In this document: positions 1-11,003 of the stretch, piece by piece
How the letters are laid out: each line of letters starts with the position of its first letter
How positions within the stretch are numbered: position 1 is the first letter of the stretch
Origin: a virus
Virus record (IMG/VR): IMGVR_UViG_3300027788_000004
Span: 32,001-96,000 of that record
Direction: 5' to 3' (one strand)
Length of the DNA: 64,000 nucleotides
The notes under the pieces: model-generated
What the model saw: only the letters and a program-made list of their open reading frames with translations
What the model was told of the DNA's origin: nothing
Databases searched by the model: none
Translations under genes and position numbers: made by a program

Positions 1-1
1 T

Positions 2-841
2 GCTGGTACAGTTGCTGGAGAATTTATTTGGTCTGGGGATACAGTTACCGGTACACCACAAACAGTTTCTACCGCATCGATTGCTAACTGGAATAATGGA
101 ATATATGTACACGTAGATCATCCATCAATATCAGCTTGGGGAGATGTTACCGCTACACCTATTATAGGCCCTCAAGGAATTGGAGCTGCCGGTCCAACAG
201 GTGTTAGAAACTCAGGATTTGCTCCATTAATTTCTACCGATATTACTAGTGGTAGTCAAAAACAAGCAGCTTATTGGTACTATCCTCTAACAGCAACTCT
301 ACCAACTGCGGAGTCAGGTCACGTAAGTAAAATGTCTTTTGAGGTATATGACCAGTATTTATTAGGTCCTAATTCATGTGGATCATATTTATTCGTTTCT
401 CCTAGAAATAACACTGGTGCAATTAATGTAGATGGTGCAAATCAATTATCTACCAGTACATTAAATTTCGGAACAAAATACGCCGATAATATACCATTGA
501 TTTTCCAATACAGAATGACCGATTATTTTGGTGCAACTTCAAGTGGTTTAGGTAATGTTGGTGGAGATATTAGTGGAACAACTAATCAATTAGAATATAC
601 GAAAAGAATTGGCCTTGATATTTATTCAAACATCGACGAGAGATTCTCGTTTGATATTGAAATAACCGCTCGATACAGATCAGCATCATTACAGTTCGAA
701 GAGGTACCTACTACTAGCCTATCAGCGGTAGTTGATGATTTAACTAGAACGGTGAGAATTCTAAATCCTCAAGTTTCTGGTATTCGTCAAGAAAATGCAG
801 ACGGTTCACGAGGTAGTAACTTGTTAGGATCTATACAATAA
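2..841 (+). CDS. C-terminal part of a large virion structural protein (5'-truncated by the window)
   Basis: The frame is open from position 2 (AGTVAGEFIWSG...) into the called 332..841 ORF. Composition is G/T/S/N-rich and neighbours are structural genes. Confidence 0.7.
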   Translation, partial: AGTVAGEFIWSGDTVTGTPQTVSTASIANWNNGIYVHVDHPSISAWGDVTATPIIGPQGIGAAGPTGVRNSGFAPLISTDITSGSQKQAAYWYYPLTATLPTAESGHVSKMSFEVYDQYLLGPNSCGSYLFVSPRNNTGAINVDGANQLSTSTLNFGTKYADNIPLIFQYRMTDYFGATSSGLGNVGGDISGTTNQLEYTKRIGLDIYSNIDERFSFDIEITARYRSASLQFEEVPTTSLSAVVDDLTRTVRILNPQVSGIRQENADGSRGSNLLGSIQ

Positions 842-855
842 TGGATAAATAAATT

Positions 856-3800
856 ATGACGAAAGAAATACTCCAAAAATCATCATTCGGTCTTTTAAGA
901 ACCAATCCTAAATTATCATCTAATGTAAAAATTTTAGTAGATAGCGAAGATTCTGTGTTTTTAGAATCCTTTAGCGCAAATGATGAATTATCAAAATCTA
1001 AATATAAACGATTTACCGTTTCTTCTAAGGGAGATTATTATTTCGATTTGTATAGATTCTATAACCAACGAGTTCCAACTCAATTAACGGATATATTCGA
1101 GGTTGCAACTAAAGATAGAAGCATATCTATTAAGAATGAATTTGGTTTGCAATATGATGATTTTTATCAGTATGGCGCACAACCAAAAAATTCTAAATTA
1201 TATACTGAGGAATTTTCTTTATTTGCACCTATGTGGATAGAGCCTTCTAACATACCAGATTATTTTGTTATATTTAGAACAGAAGATCCAGTATCAGTAA
1301 ATACAAAAAACTTAACAGATCAAGCAGATCCTACTACAATAAATTTAGTTTCAAATCCTAAATATCTTACAGATAATATATTAGAAAAGAGTCAGATTGT
1401 TACATCGTATGATTTAACATCAAGATCTAATATAGGAAGATATATTAGAAATCATGCAGGATCTGTCTTATTTCCAGAATCTGCATTATTGATGAGTTAC
1501 GACCATAATAGATATGCAGAATATAATGGAATTGGCATTGGTGCACCAGGTTTTACGAGCAAATCTAGATCTTTATTTCATGATACTTGGCCAAGAGACA
1601 AAACGATTATAGAATACGAAAGTATAGTAACCAATGGTTTTTCTGAGCTTGGCGTTGTTTCTGCAAATATCCTTAATTTAGAATTTCTATTTGATGATAA
1701 ACTAAAATCTACTAAATATGAATTTTATAGATATTTTGGTTTATTTGTTAATGCAGCAGAATATAATAAATTTTATATAGATGGAAGTTCCTTGTTTAGT
1801 GATAGATTTATTCAAAGTAACCAGATTCCTATACCTACACAAAATGATATAGGATATAATACAAACGTAAACGATCAAATACAAACTAACACAGATGGTA
1901 TAGTATTATATGCAGAACAACCTCCAATATCTGCAGTTGGTGCTTCATTTTTCCTTAACGAAATTGTTAAAGATATGCCTAGAATAGGATATGTTAAAGA
2001 TGTAGCGAATAAATTTCATAAGATTAAAAATAATTCAGCGTTTAATTATGGTACATTAAGGTTAGATGATACTTCAATAAATTGGAAAGATTTTGCAGGA
2101 TATTCTACTCCGGATAATTATATAGATGCCGAGTTTAATCTAAATGTAAAAGGACGACCGAGTTGTGTAATAGATTTTCAAAGTGTTCCTCTTAACGATG
2201 ATGAATTTCGATTATTATTCACAGATACTACTGAGGTTGGTGTAAACTTAAATATATTAGATGCATTTACGATTACCGCGTCTAATACATTACCAGCAAC
2301 CACATCCGTATCTAATTTATATAGTAGTCTAGGATCTACTGCAAATATAGCAGAAGCTTTTGCAAATTGTGTGAATACCAGACACGAGTATTATCCTGAT
2401 TTTGTTTCAATACGAGCTGTAAGTATAGGCTCTCGGGTATGTATATTTTCTAGTATCCCAAGCGCATCATGGAATAAAATTAAAATTTCTTCATATTCAA
2501 GTGCTGTGATAGAATCTCAAATTGCTATAAAATTTATAACAGGATCAACTGGATATAATCAAACAACATATCAAAGTAGTCCGCAACCTTATACACAAGT
2601 ATTTGGGTTTATTGCTCATGGTAATTTTGTTGGAGGTAATGATAACCCTAAGGCAAAGGTAAAAATATCTGCAGACGATACATCATTAGTAAATAATTCT
2701 AATTATGTTACGACTGATACTGGAAATTCTATCGTTAATACTATAGTTCCTTATATGGATGAGCCTTTATTAAATGTTCGTGGTGAAATAATAGGATTCA
2801 ATGATTTTGATAAGTATTATACAGTTAATATATTAGATACATCTAACGACATTATTTTAACATCTTCTAAACAATTACCTATACTTTCTTTAGGATCTAA
2901 TGAATGTGGATTATTTTCAATATATCAATTTAAGGATTTTGATTATGATTTCTATTCTACTCAATATATGAAAACTGCAGATGCTGATCGAGAAAAACTA
3001 GATGCTTGGTATTTAGGTGCTACTGGGCCCGGTGGATACACATCATCATTTTCTATAGGTGCTACTGGAGTTTCTGGAGCTACATTTTGGATCAATCCTA
3101 TAATAGGACCATCATCTTCTTTTGCAGAAAATGGAGGATACTTTGGTCTTATGGGTATACCTGATATTTTTACAGATACGGATAGTGTTATTACTAATGA
3201 ATATGATCGATTAAAAGAAAATTTTGTTAAACAATTAGTGTTACCTTCTAGAGTTTCTCCTTTTATTAGTAAATGGGTATATGATGATGATAGCTTAGAT
3301 GTTCGACAAAATCCATATAGATTAAATTCTTCATCTGCATTTAGATATCCTAACTTCGGACCTTCATTCAGAGAATTTAGTTCTAACGCAAAGTTTTATA
3401 CACACGAATGGTTATATTTACAAAAGTATCCACCATACATGACATTCAACGAGAAAATTAACTCGTTTTCTTATTTTAACGAGCCGATAAACGTCGGCAC
3501 AACATACACAACAGGTACAGGATCAACCGCATTTGGATTAGCAACAGTAGATGGACCAACTGGAGTAGATTTAGATTATTTTAGAGAATACTTTACTAGA
3601 GAAACTATTGGAGGAACTTCAGTATCTACTCAAACTAAATATAGCACTTTTGCATATGGACAAGAGAATAGATTTTCGGAAACATTATTTAGAGGTGTAA
3701 AGGCTGTAGTTAAGCCTAAAGTTGATTATAGCGATGTAAACTATAATATAAGAGAACTTAAATTCCAGAAGAGTACTAAATATAATGACTATAAATTTGC

Positions 3801-5715
3801 TGCGATACTTTCAATTAGTGAGACAGGATTACTTTACAAAGTCATAGAAAATGAGAAATATAAAACGATTACGTTATTAGTTCAAGCAGGTTTAATGGAT
3901 AATTTATTTACTAAGCTTGGAATTGCACCATCTGGGTCTACTGCCCCATCTGATCATTTTATAGATAGAACTTTATTATACACGTTGAAGGATAAATTAG
4001 TTCCGTTAAATGGTACTCCATTGCCTGGTGCTACTGGATATCAACCAGATAATTTTGATCTAAGTGGAGCTATAAGTCATTGGGAATTAAACCCGAACGG
4101 TAGCTTTCGAGTATTAGGAACTCAAAATGCGGTAAATTTATCTTATGTTAATTTTGTATTAGAAATGCAAACTAATTCTGATGGTAGTTATAATGATCTA
4201 TATATTGATGTTAATCAATTAATACCTGGTAAGACGTGGGTATTCGGTGGTATTTCTAATGTTTCCCAAAACTCATTTGATTGCCAAACTATTGTAGAAT
4301 ATAATACACCATACGTTCCACCAGGTACTCCATCAGCGTTTCAACCACCGTTTTCTAATGCTTTCTACCTATCAGGTCCTGCTGGAAATCCTGTCGTATT
4401 TGGTCCTGGTGGTATATGGGATTCACAACCAGTATACTTTGGAGGTGGTTTTTCTGGATATGAAGGAATTATTAAAGATTTAGCTTTTGCACAACTAGCT
4501 AGCGAATTTAATAAAGGAAATCCTGATATAGATTATATTACATATAAAACGGATGGTACTGTAGTTAAAAACGATAAAGTTTTAGAATTATCATTACCAT
4601 TTGAAAGCTATAAGGCTAATTATATACAACCTGGTGAAGATACCGATATACCACAAGAATTAACATTTTTAACTAGCTCCGAAGTTGTTGGATATCAAAT
4701 AGATGCTATGGAAAGAGCTGAGTTAAACATTTTATCTAGATACAATGGAAGATATCAACCTAAATTTACAGATGTGTTTTATTACAAAGATTATTATGGG
4801 TCAAAGGATGGTGTCAGAGGAACTAGGTACTATGGGTTTCCAAAATATCATAATTTAGAATTTAATTTAGATGAACCTAATTTTGGTAAAATATCAGGTT
4901 TGTTTTATAACAAAGTGAATCCTGAAAATCCAGAAGGTATATTAAAATTGAGTACAGAGAGTAGTAATCCTAGTCTATATCCAAAGATTGATGAAGTAGC
5001 CATAAACAAAAGAAACTTATATTCCTTTATGAGTAATTGGGATATTGATTATTATATACAAAATATAGATCGAAATTTAACGCAATCAGTACCTGGTTAT
5101 AAAGGATCAATTGAGAATAAAGCATTCTTTGGATCTAAGATTATGAATATACCAGATACAATAACATTAAATAATTTTGATATTGTAGAATTGAGCGATA
5201 TCGCTGGTGGATTAGTTAATGCAAGCAATGAGCCAGAGAGTGTGGTGCAACAAATTATGGAAACTTCTCAACCTAGAATGATTGGTTCTTCAGCTGAGCC
5301 AATACCTAAATCATTGTTAATTTTAGATGTTTTTGTTACGAAATCTCTAACTAAATTTTTGAGATCAGATGGTTTCGATACAGAGTTTAACGCATATATA
5401 AACCCATCATTTAGTTTTGGTGAAGCTGGTTTAGACGATGATATTAATGCATATATAAATAATAACATATATTCTAGGTATAAAGTTAAAAAAATTATAT
5501 TCTATGAGAATCAATTTGCAAATAACGTAAATGAATTGCCTATAGTAGAGTTAGATCTTACAAATTTAGAATTATTAACAAAAGGTTATGCGATTAACGA
5601 GAATGTTAGTATCAAATTCAAATCTCAATCTCCATTAGATTTTAGATTGATATATAATATACCAAAACTAAATAATTACTCAATATCATTTATTGTTGAG
5701 TTAGAGAAAAAATAA
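856..5715 (+). CDS. Very large virion structural protein (baseplate/tail-associated), 1619 aa
   Basis: Long ORF with beta-rich/aromatic composition and GATG/GPTG motifs. Late-type GATAAATA lies at 844. No enzyme motifs seen. Confidence 0.6.
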   Translation: MTKEILQKSSFGLLRTNPKLSSNVKILVDSEDSVFLESFSANDELSKSKYKRFTVSSKGDYYFDLYRFYNQRVPTQLTDIFEVATKDRSISIKNEFGLQYDDFYQYGAQPKNSKLYTEEFSLFAPMWIEPSNIPDYFVIFRTEDPVSVNTKNLTDQADPTTINLVSNPKYLTDNILEKSQIVTSYDLTSRSNIGRYIRNHAGSVLFPESALLMSYDHNRYAEYNGIGIGAPGFTSKSRSLFHDTWPRDKTIIEYESIVTNGFSELGVVSANILNLEFLFDDKLKSTKYEFYRYFGLFVNAAEYNKFYIDGSSLFSDRFIQSNQIPIPTQNDIGYNTNVNDQIQTNTDGIVLYAEQPPISAVGASFFLNEIVKDMPRIGYVKDVANKFHKIKNNSAFNYGTLRLDDTSINWKDFAGYSTPDNYIDAEFNLNVKGRPSCVIDFQSVPLNDDEFRLLFTDTTEVGVNLNILDAFTITASNTLPATTSVSNLYSSLGSTANIAEAFANCVNTRHEYYPDFVSIRAVSIGSRVCIFSSIPSASWNKIKISSYSSAVIESQIAIKFITGSTGYNQTTYQSSPQPYTQVFGFIAHGNFVGGNDNPKAKVKISADDTSLVNNSNYVTTDTGNSIVNTIVPYMDEPLLNVRGEIIGFNDFDKYYTVNILDTSNDIILTSSKQLPILSLGSNECGLFSIYQFKDFDYDFYSTQYMKTADADREKLDAWYLGATGPGGYTSSFSIGATGVSGATFWINPIIGPSSSFAENGGYFGLMGIPDIFTDTDSVITNEYDRLKENFVKQLVLPSRVSPFISKWVYDDDSLDVRQNPYRLNSSSAFRYPNFGPSFREFSSNAKFYTHEWLYLQKYPPYMTFNEKINSFSYFNEPINVGTTYTTGTGSTAFGLATVDGPTGVDLDYFREYFTRETIGGTSVSTQTKYSTFAYGQENRFSETLFRGVKAVVKPKVDYSDVNYNIRELKFQKSTKYNDYKFAAILSISETGLLYKVIENEKYKTITLLVQAGLMDNLFTKLGIAPSGSTAPSDHFIDRTLLYTLKDKLVPLNGTPLPGATGYQPDNFDLSGAISHWELNPNGSFRVLGTQNAVNLSYVNFVLEMQTNSDGSYNDLYIDVNQLIPGKTWVFGGISNVSQNSFDCQTIVEYNTPYVPPGTPSAFQPPFSNAFYLSGPAGNPVVFGPGGIWDSQPVYFGGGFSGYEGIIKDLAFAQLASEFNKGNPDIDYITYKTDGTVVKNDKVLELSLPFESYKANYIQPGEDTDIPQELTFLTSSEVVGYQIDAMERAELNILSRYNGRYQPKFTDVFYYKDYYGSKDGVRGTRYYGFPKYHNLEFNLDEPNFGKISGLFYNKVNPENPEGILKLSTESSNPSLYPKIDEVAINKRNLYSFMSNWDIDYYIQNIDRNLTQSVPGYKGSIENKAFFGSKIMNIPDTITLNNFDIVELSDIAGGLVNASNEPESVVQQIMETSQPRMIGSSAEPIPKSLLILDVFVTKSLTKFLRSDGFDTEFNAYINPSFSFGEAGLDDDINAYINNNIYSRYKVKKIIFYENQFANNVNELPIVELDLTNLELLTKGYAINENVSIKFKSQSPLDFRLIYNIPKLNNYSISFIVELEKK

Positions 5716-5724
5716 AAGTAAACG

Positions 5725-8700
5725 ATGTCAATAGTTATTAAAGAAATAATTTTAAGCGACTCAGTAAATCAGTTTATGGAAAAGGTTAATTTTAACTTTG
5801 ACCAACTGATGCTTGCTGGTGGTGGACCTCCTGGACCTATTGGACCATTTGGACCTATTGGACCTGCTGGTCCAGAAGGAGATCCTGGTAATAAATGGTA
5901 TGTAGGTTGTACCGGAACAACAACATCAATTGGCGTGACTCTGCCATTCGGTGGAGATCTATTTCTTTATAAAGGTGGTGCTGGTCAAGGATGTAATCCT
6001 GGATCAACATATCCATTAGGTCAAGTATACGATTGGAATACCATTGCTAATGAATTTCAAGATACTGGATTAAATCTATTAGGTCCTACTGGACCTACTG
6101 GAGCTACTGGCGAAAATATAGGTTGGACTATATTCCGTGGAGCAACGACAGGAACGAGATGGCAACCACAAACATTAGCCAATCAAACAGGATCTGATTC
6201 TGATTATGTATTTCTTACTGGTGATACTACTTCTCCAACTACATCCGATGGATTTTCTAAAGATACTCTTTATTTAGGAGGTCATTTAACTGGAATTGCA
6301 TCTGCAGCAGCTTGGCCTTTGGATAGACAACCTAAATTAATAGTAAACCCACGAACAAATAGTGAAATACAAGCAGGAACTTATTGGAATCAAAATGCAA
6401 GTATCGGAGGAAAGGGTGGTGGTGGAATCGTTTTAGGATGGGAATCTACAGTTTCTGGTACACCACCAGCTGCACAATCTAGTTTCTCTAATATGTTTGT
6501 AGATTCATTACGAAATTTACATATATCTAACTTTACTGATTGGATATCTGCTAATATAGCTGGAACTGGTGTACCGACCGCCGGTATAAATATAGAAAGT
6601 GTTTATAATGTAAAATTATTTGGTGCAGGTTATACACATACAAATTCTATTGGTATAATAGAAGCTGGACAAAATCTTGATTTTATTACTGGTGGACAAA
6701 CGGCAGCAAACGATAGGTCAGGTATTTTATTAAGTACATCTCCGATAGAATTTGGTAGAGTTCGTATAGAACAAGGTGCTGGTGGACAATTTACTGTTGG
6801 TGGCGGTGGTGGTGGAAACTATCATGGAACATTAGGTTTATTACCAGAAGTATCGTTCTTTAATAATAAAGGTACTCAAATAGATGATATGTATCGAATT
6901 GTTATTACTCCTGGATCAACCTTTGGTGCAGGGCCTTCCACTCAGGCTGCTGGAGGAATTACCGGTCAGGATGTGCCATTTATAGGAGTTGGGAATGTAT
7001 CTAACGGTGGAACTCAATATATAGGATTTGGTTCTAAATTATCTGGAACATCACAATTTACAGATATGAATGTAACCGATAAGAAAGTTATGATTGGTGA
7101 TGTTGGACAAGTTGCTAATGATTGGGATCCGACCTTTACCGCATTACCTGCATATTCTTTAGATGCCGTTGGTAGATTACGAATGAGAACTGGAACTATG
7201 GTTGGATCAACTGGCTCTGTTATGGTTAGTATGGACAATCAAGGTACTGGAGATTGGGTTGATCCTAATAGTATTGGTTCCTGGAGAGTTGATCCTTTAT
7301 GTAATAATGAAACTCGTATTAGTTTAGTTACTGCAAGGAATTTTGCAACAATAGCTCATTCAGAAACCGGTTCGTTATCTGCAAAGAATTATTCTAGAAT
7401 GGATATTACATCATATAACGGACATAATCAGGCACCTGGAGCAAGTGCAGATTTATTTTTTGGATCATATGCTGGTGGTGGTCCGGTTTCAACGGATAAC
7501 TCATTTTCTATTAGAAATGATTATAGGGATGCTAACACTCAAGGTGAATTATCCTTTATGACTCATCAAAACTTAAACCCATGTCCTACCTCAGCTGAGT
7601 TAATAAATGTAGATGCACAATCAGCAACATCACAAAGAATTGGAGGTATAACTGAATATGGTCAATTACAATTGGTGAATAACAACTTTAGTACTTCAAT
7701 CCCTTCTAGTTGGAAATATAATAATAGAATTTTAATAGAACCTCTAACTACATGGCAAACTGGTGGTACTACTATATCACCGGATATTATGTTATTAGGA
7801 TCTTCTGCTGCAGCCATCGTAGCGAATGTCGGTCCTAGAATTAAAATAGTACAAGAAGACGACGTTGCTACAGGAAACCCAAATTCAGGTAATATAAATA
7901 CTACTAACTTAACTGTTGTTAGAGGATATGATGGTGTAATTCAGAAAGGAACAATGGATATCAGATTTCAAGGAGTTGGTAAAGCGGATACAACTGCTGG
8001 AGTTGCCGTATCTGGATTTAGTGGAATACCTGATGCTGAAGGTGGAGCTGCCGTGAAAATGATACCTGATACGATCGGATTGAAATCGGTTGACTCGCAA
8101 ACTCAAACAGAGGTTGCTGGAAGAACTAATGATTATTACGAGATAACTTCTAAAGAATTTTTCCTTGATTCCGCTAGACTGAATTATTTTTCTACCGATA
8201 CTACAGGAAGAGAATTAGCATCTAGAAATCTTACTTACACCCAATGGGGTGCTAGTAACGATCAATGGAGTTCATCAAATGGTTTTTGTGGAATAAATGA
8301 ATTTCAATTTAATGGTTCTAATTCAGCTGTTCTCCCTGCTACTAGACTACCAGCAAGATCTAAAGTTAATCTAACTACTGCAAACTCATCTGGTGATGGA
8401 GCTCCTTATAGAAACCAACAAAATCCAAACGTAACCAATGGATCTAGTACAGGATATTGGAGTAATTGGATATCTCCATCTTCTTCTATTAGACTTACAC
8501 CAGAAAATCCAGATAGGCCTTGGATGCCTTTTGGTGCACCGAGTGATTCTTCACAAAATGGTAGAATGCATGTAGATTTTAATATCGACATAGGATGGTG
8601 GTTAAGTAATAATCAAGACCAGTCAAGAAGTGGAAATGGAGTAGATTATCGTACAGTATATGCAGCATACTCAGGCGTTGGAACTGTTGGAAATCAAGAT

Positions 8701-10071
8701 AATGTTCCATCTATTGGTACTGGTGGAAATAACGATAGTTATAAGTTTATGAAAGCTGTAAAACTTCAATCATTTAGAATAACTTTGAAAACTGATCAGT
8801 ATTCTGGTTTATCAGAGACTCTTGCCTTTAATAAGCCTACAAGAAGAGGTAATATGACTTATGGAACAACAGGAACTGGAGCAAGTGCATATGCATACAC
8901 TACGGATTGGTATCCAGGAGTATCTAAACCAATGCAAGGACTTGTAGCTACTGAATCACAGCAAAAAGGAGGTAATAGAAATATGTTTACCCAATCATCA
9001 AGTGCAAATAGTAATGTATATTATCAGAATTTTCATCCGTGGAGTACATATGGTACTAATCAAGAAATTCCTTTAACCATGATAGACGCTGAAAATGTAT
9101 CGATGACAACGGCACAACAATTAGGAATGCGGCCGTTCTTGGATTCTGCTTCTAATCCAACTGCAAATTGGTCCACATCGTTAGATGCGTTGATTCCATC
9201 AGTTGCCTTTTCAGGTGGATTGAATTCATTTGGAGTATATCAACAATATAATCATGATTCGGCCGGTCATTATCAAGTTGGAAATTGGATGTGGAGAGTT
9301 TGTGCCGGTTATGCTGATAATGAGGCAAATACATTCGAGAATAGGTCATACATAGAATTTATATATATGCCACCTAATCCTTGGGCATATACTTCAGGAC
9401 AGGCAAATGTGACAGTTACTGGATTTGACGGAAATGGAGGACTTAGTGGGAGTGGTTACGCTTATACAAGCTCGATGGGAATGCCTATTAAATTTGTTTC
9501 TCAGGCTAACGTTAAAAAATTAAATTCATCAGCTTATTATTGGAAAAATGCTGGATTAGCTGCGTTACCAAGAAATAATACATTTTATAAGAGTACCGGA
9601 ATTTCATTTAGTGGACAGGCTTATGTTAGTTTACAACATAGAAAAAACGATGGTGCTCCAATAGTTGTAGATGATAATTCTAAAGTTGGAGGCTGCTTTA
9701 TAATAGGAACACATGTATTAATGGCAGATAATTCTTGGAAATCTATAGAGACTATCAAAATTGGTGATCTTATAAAAACTAAAGATGGAACAAACGTTCC
9801 GGTATTAGATTCATTTATCTATAATGTTAATGATGAAATAACAATGTATACAAAAGATAATTTAACAGTAACCGATAGTCATCCGTTATATGTCGATGGA
9901 AAATGGCAAACTGCTGATGAATTAAATTGGGAAAATGAATTAATGTACGTAGATAATTTATATTACTTACAAACTGAAGATAACTATATAGTAGAAGGAA
10001 TTGTAGCTACTGGTGTTCTTGATAATACACATAAAGGTACAAGTATAAGTAAATTGGTATTAACTGATTAA
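5725..10071 (+). CDS. Tail fibre/spike-like protein with short collagen-like segments and a C-terminal Hint domain
   Basis: N-terminal 'EKVNFNFDQL' fibre-type start, GPP/GPI/GPT triplets and a G/S/T/N-rich body. The C-terminal Hint has GG|CFIIGTHVLMAD (block A), TVTDSHP (block B) and YYLQTEDNYIVEGIV (block F). Confidence 0.75.
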   Translation: MSIVIKEIILSDSVNQFMEKVNFNFDQLMLAGGGPPGPIGPFGPIGPAGPEGDPGNKWYVGCTGTTTSIGVTLPFGGDLFLYKGGAGQGCNPGSTYPLGQVYDWNTIANEFQDTGLNLLGPTGPTGATGENIGWTIFRGATTGTRWQPQTLANQTGSDSDYVFLTGDTTSPTTSDGFSKDTLYLGGHLTGIASAAAWPLDRQPKLIVNPRTNSEIQAGTYWNQNASIGGKGGGGIVLGWESTVSGTPPAAQSSFSNMFVDSLRNLHISNFTDWISANIAGTGVPTAGINIESVYNVKLFGAGYTHTNSIGIIEAGQNLDFITGGQTAANDRSGILLSTSPIEFGRVRIEQGAGGQFTVGGGGGGNYHGTLGLLPEVSFFNNKGTQIDDMYRIVITPGSTFGAGPSTQAAGGITGQDVPFIGVGNVSNGGTQYIGFGSKLSGTSQFTDMNVTDKKVMIGDVGQVANDWDPTFTALPAYSLDAVGRLRMRTGTMVGSTGSVMVSMDNQGTGDWVDPNSIGSWRVDPLCNNETRISLVTARNFATIAHSETGSLSAKNYSRMDITSYNGHNQAPGASADLFFGSYAGGGPVSTDNSFSIRNDYRDANTQGELSFMTHQNLNPCPTSAELINVDAQSATSQRIGGITEYGQLQLVNNNFSTSIPSSWKYNNRILIEPLTTWQTGGTTISPDIMLLGSSAAAIVANVGPRIKIVQEDDVATGNPNSGNINTTNLTVVRGYDGVIQKGTMDIRFQGVGKADTTAGVAVSGFSGIPDAEGGAAVKMIPDTIGLKSVDSQTQTEVAGRTNDYYEITSKEFFLDSARLNYFSTDTTGRELASRNLTYTQWGASNDQWSSSNGFCGINEFQFNGSNSAVLPATRLPARSKVNLTTANSSGDGAPYRNQQNPNVTNGSSTGYWSNWISPSSSIRLTPENPDRPWMPFGAPSDSSQNGRMHVDFNIDIGWWLSNNQDQSRSGNGVDYRTVYAAYSGVGTVGNQDNVPSIGTGGNNDSYKFMKAVKLQSFRITLKTDQYSGLSETLAFNKPTRRGNMTYGTTGTGASAYAYTTDWYPGVSKPMQGLVATESQQKGGNRNMFTQSSSANSNVYYQNFHPWSTYGTNQEIPLTMIDAENVSMTTAQQLGMRPFLDSASNPTANWSTSLDALIPSVAFSGGLNSFGVYQQYNHDSAGHYQVGNWMWRVCAGYADNEANTFENRSYIEFIYMPPNPWAYTSGQANVTVTGFDGNGGLSGSGYAYTSSMGMPIKFVSQANVKKLNSSAYYWKNAGLAALPRNNTFYKSTGISFSGQAYVSLQHRKNDGAPIVVDDNSKVGGCFIIGTHVLMADNSWKSIETIKIGDLIKTKDGTNVPVLDSFIYNVNDEITMYTKDNLTVTDSHPLYVDGKWQTADELNWENELMYVDNLYYLQTEDNYIVEGIVATGVLDNTHKGTSISKLVLTD

Positions 10072-10079
10072 AACAAAAG

Positions 10080-10310
10080 ATGAATAAAAAAGAAAAACAA
10101 ATAGTAAAGGAAATAATGAATAGATATTCTAAGGTTCATTATGATATGGAGTTATTAGAAAAATCTTTGGATAAATTACATAAAGAAAAGGATGATCTAT
10201 TAAAGGAACTTAAACAAATTAGAAAAAACGAATCGTTAGTAATCGATACACTAAAAGAAAAATATGGTGAAGATGCTGAATTAGATTTGAAAACATTAGA
10301 ATTGATATGA
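10080..10310 (+). CDS. Small coiled-coil protein
   Basis: 76-aa ORF with a heptad pattern, tightly packed in the operon. Confidence 0.6.
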   Translation: MNKKEKQIVKEIMNRYSKVHYDMELLEKSLDKLHKEKDDLLKELKQIRKNESLVIDTLKEKYGEDAELDLKTLELI

Positions 10311-10612
10311 ATACATTAAACAAAATTTGGAAATGGGTTGCTGGTAGTATTACCGCATTAGCTGCTTTATTTGTTATATTCAAAAGCTTGCAAGATCCTA
10401 GCAAAAAGGAATTTAACACAAAGAAAAAGAAAGTTGAAAAGGATATTGATAAAGTAAAAAAGAAAAGGGCAGTCACGCAAAAAGAAAAGACTGTGACTAA
10501 AGGTAAAATTAAAGAATCTAAAAAGAAGATTAAAGCTACTGAATCTAATGTAATTGATACATCAAAAGCTAGTGATACTCTTAAGGATTTTAAGAAAAAG
10601 TACAAAAAATGA
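10307..10612 (+). CDS. Membrane-anchored Lys-rich coiled-coil protein (possible i-spanin-like lysis protein)
   Basis: N-terminal TM helix (WKWVAGSITALAALFVIF) followed by a basic coiled coil. It has ATGA overlaps with both neighbours. Confidence 0.45.
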   Translation: MNTLNKIWKWVAGSITALAALFVIFKSLQDPSKKEFNTKKKKVEKDIDKVKKKRAVTQKEKTVTKGKIKESKKKIKATESNVIDTSKASDTLKDFKKKYKK

Positions 10613-10992
10613 GAAATTTTATATTAGTATTACTATTAGGGCTTTCAATTAATGTCTTCTCGCAAACCGAGAGTGATTCAGTTTTAATACCTAGAACAGA
10701 ATTAGTTAAAGTATTCAATGCTATAGATACTTTGACTACACAAGACAGTATTAAAACATTGTTAATCAGTGAGTTAAAATTTCAAATAAAAAATTATGAA
10801 TTGTTATCTAATCAAGATAGTACGCTATTAATGTACAATTCAAGACAAATTAACCTATTAAACCAGGAAATAAATTTATATGATGATAGATTAAAACAAG
10901 TTGATAAATGGTATAAAAAACCATGGGTTGGCTTTATAATTGGAGTTGCAACTATATCAACATCATCATGGATAGTAAGTAATATAAAATAG
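10609..10992 (+). CDS. Exported coiled-coil protein with a C-terminal hydrophobic helix (possible spanin-like partner)
   Basis: Signal peptide MRNFILVLLLGLSINVFSQ, a coiled coil, and C-terminal WYKKPWVGFIIGVATI. Confidence 0.45.
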   Translation: MRNFILVLLLGLSINVFSQTESDSVLIPRTELVKVFNAIDTLTTQDSIKTLLISELKFQIKNYELLSNQDSTLLMYNSRQINLLNQEINLYDDRLKQVDKWYKKPWVGFIIGVATISTSSWIVSNIK

Positions 10993-11003
10993 AATAAAAC
11001 AAA

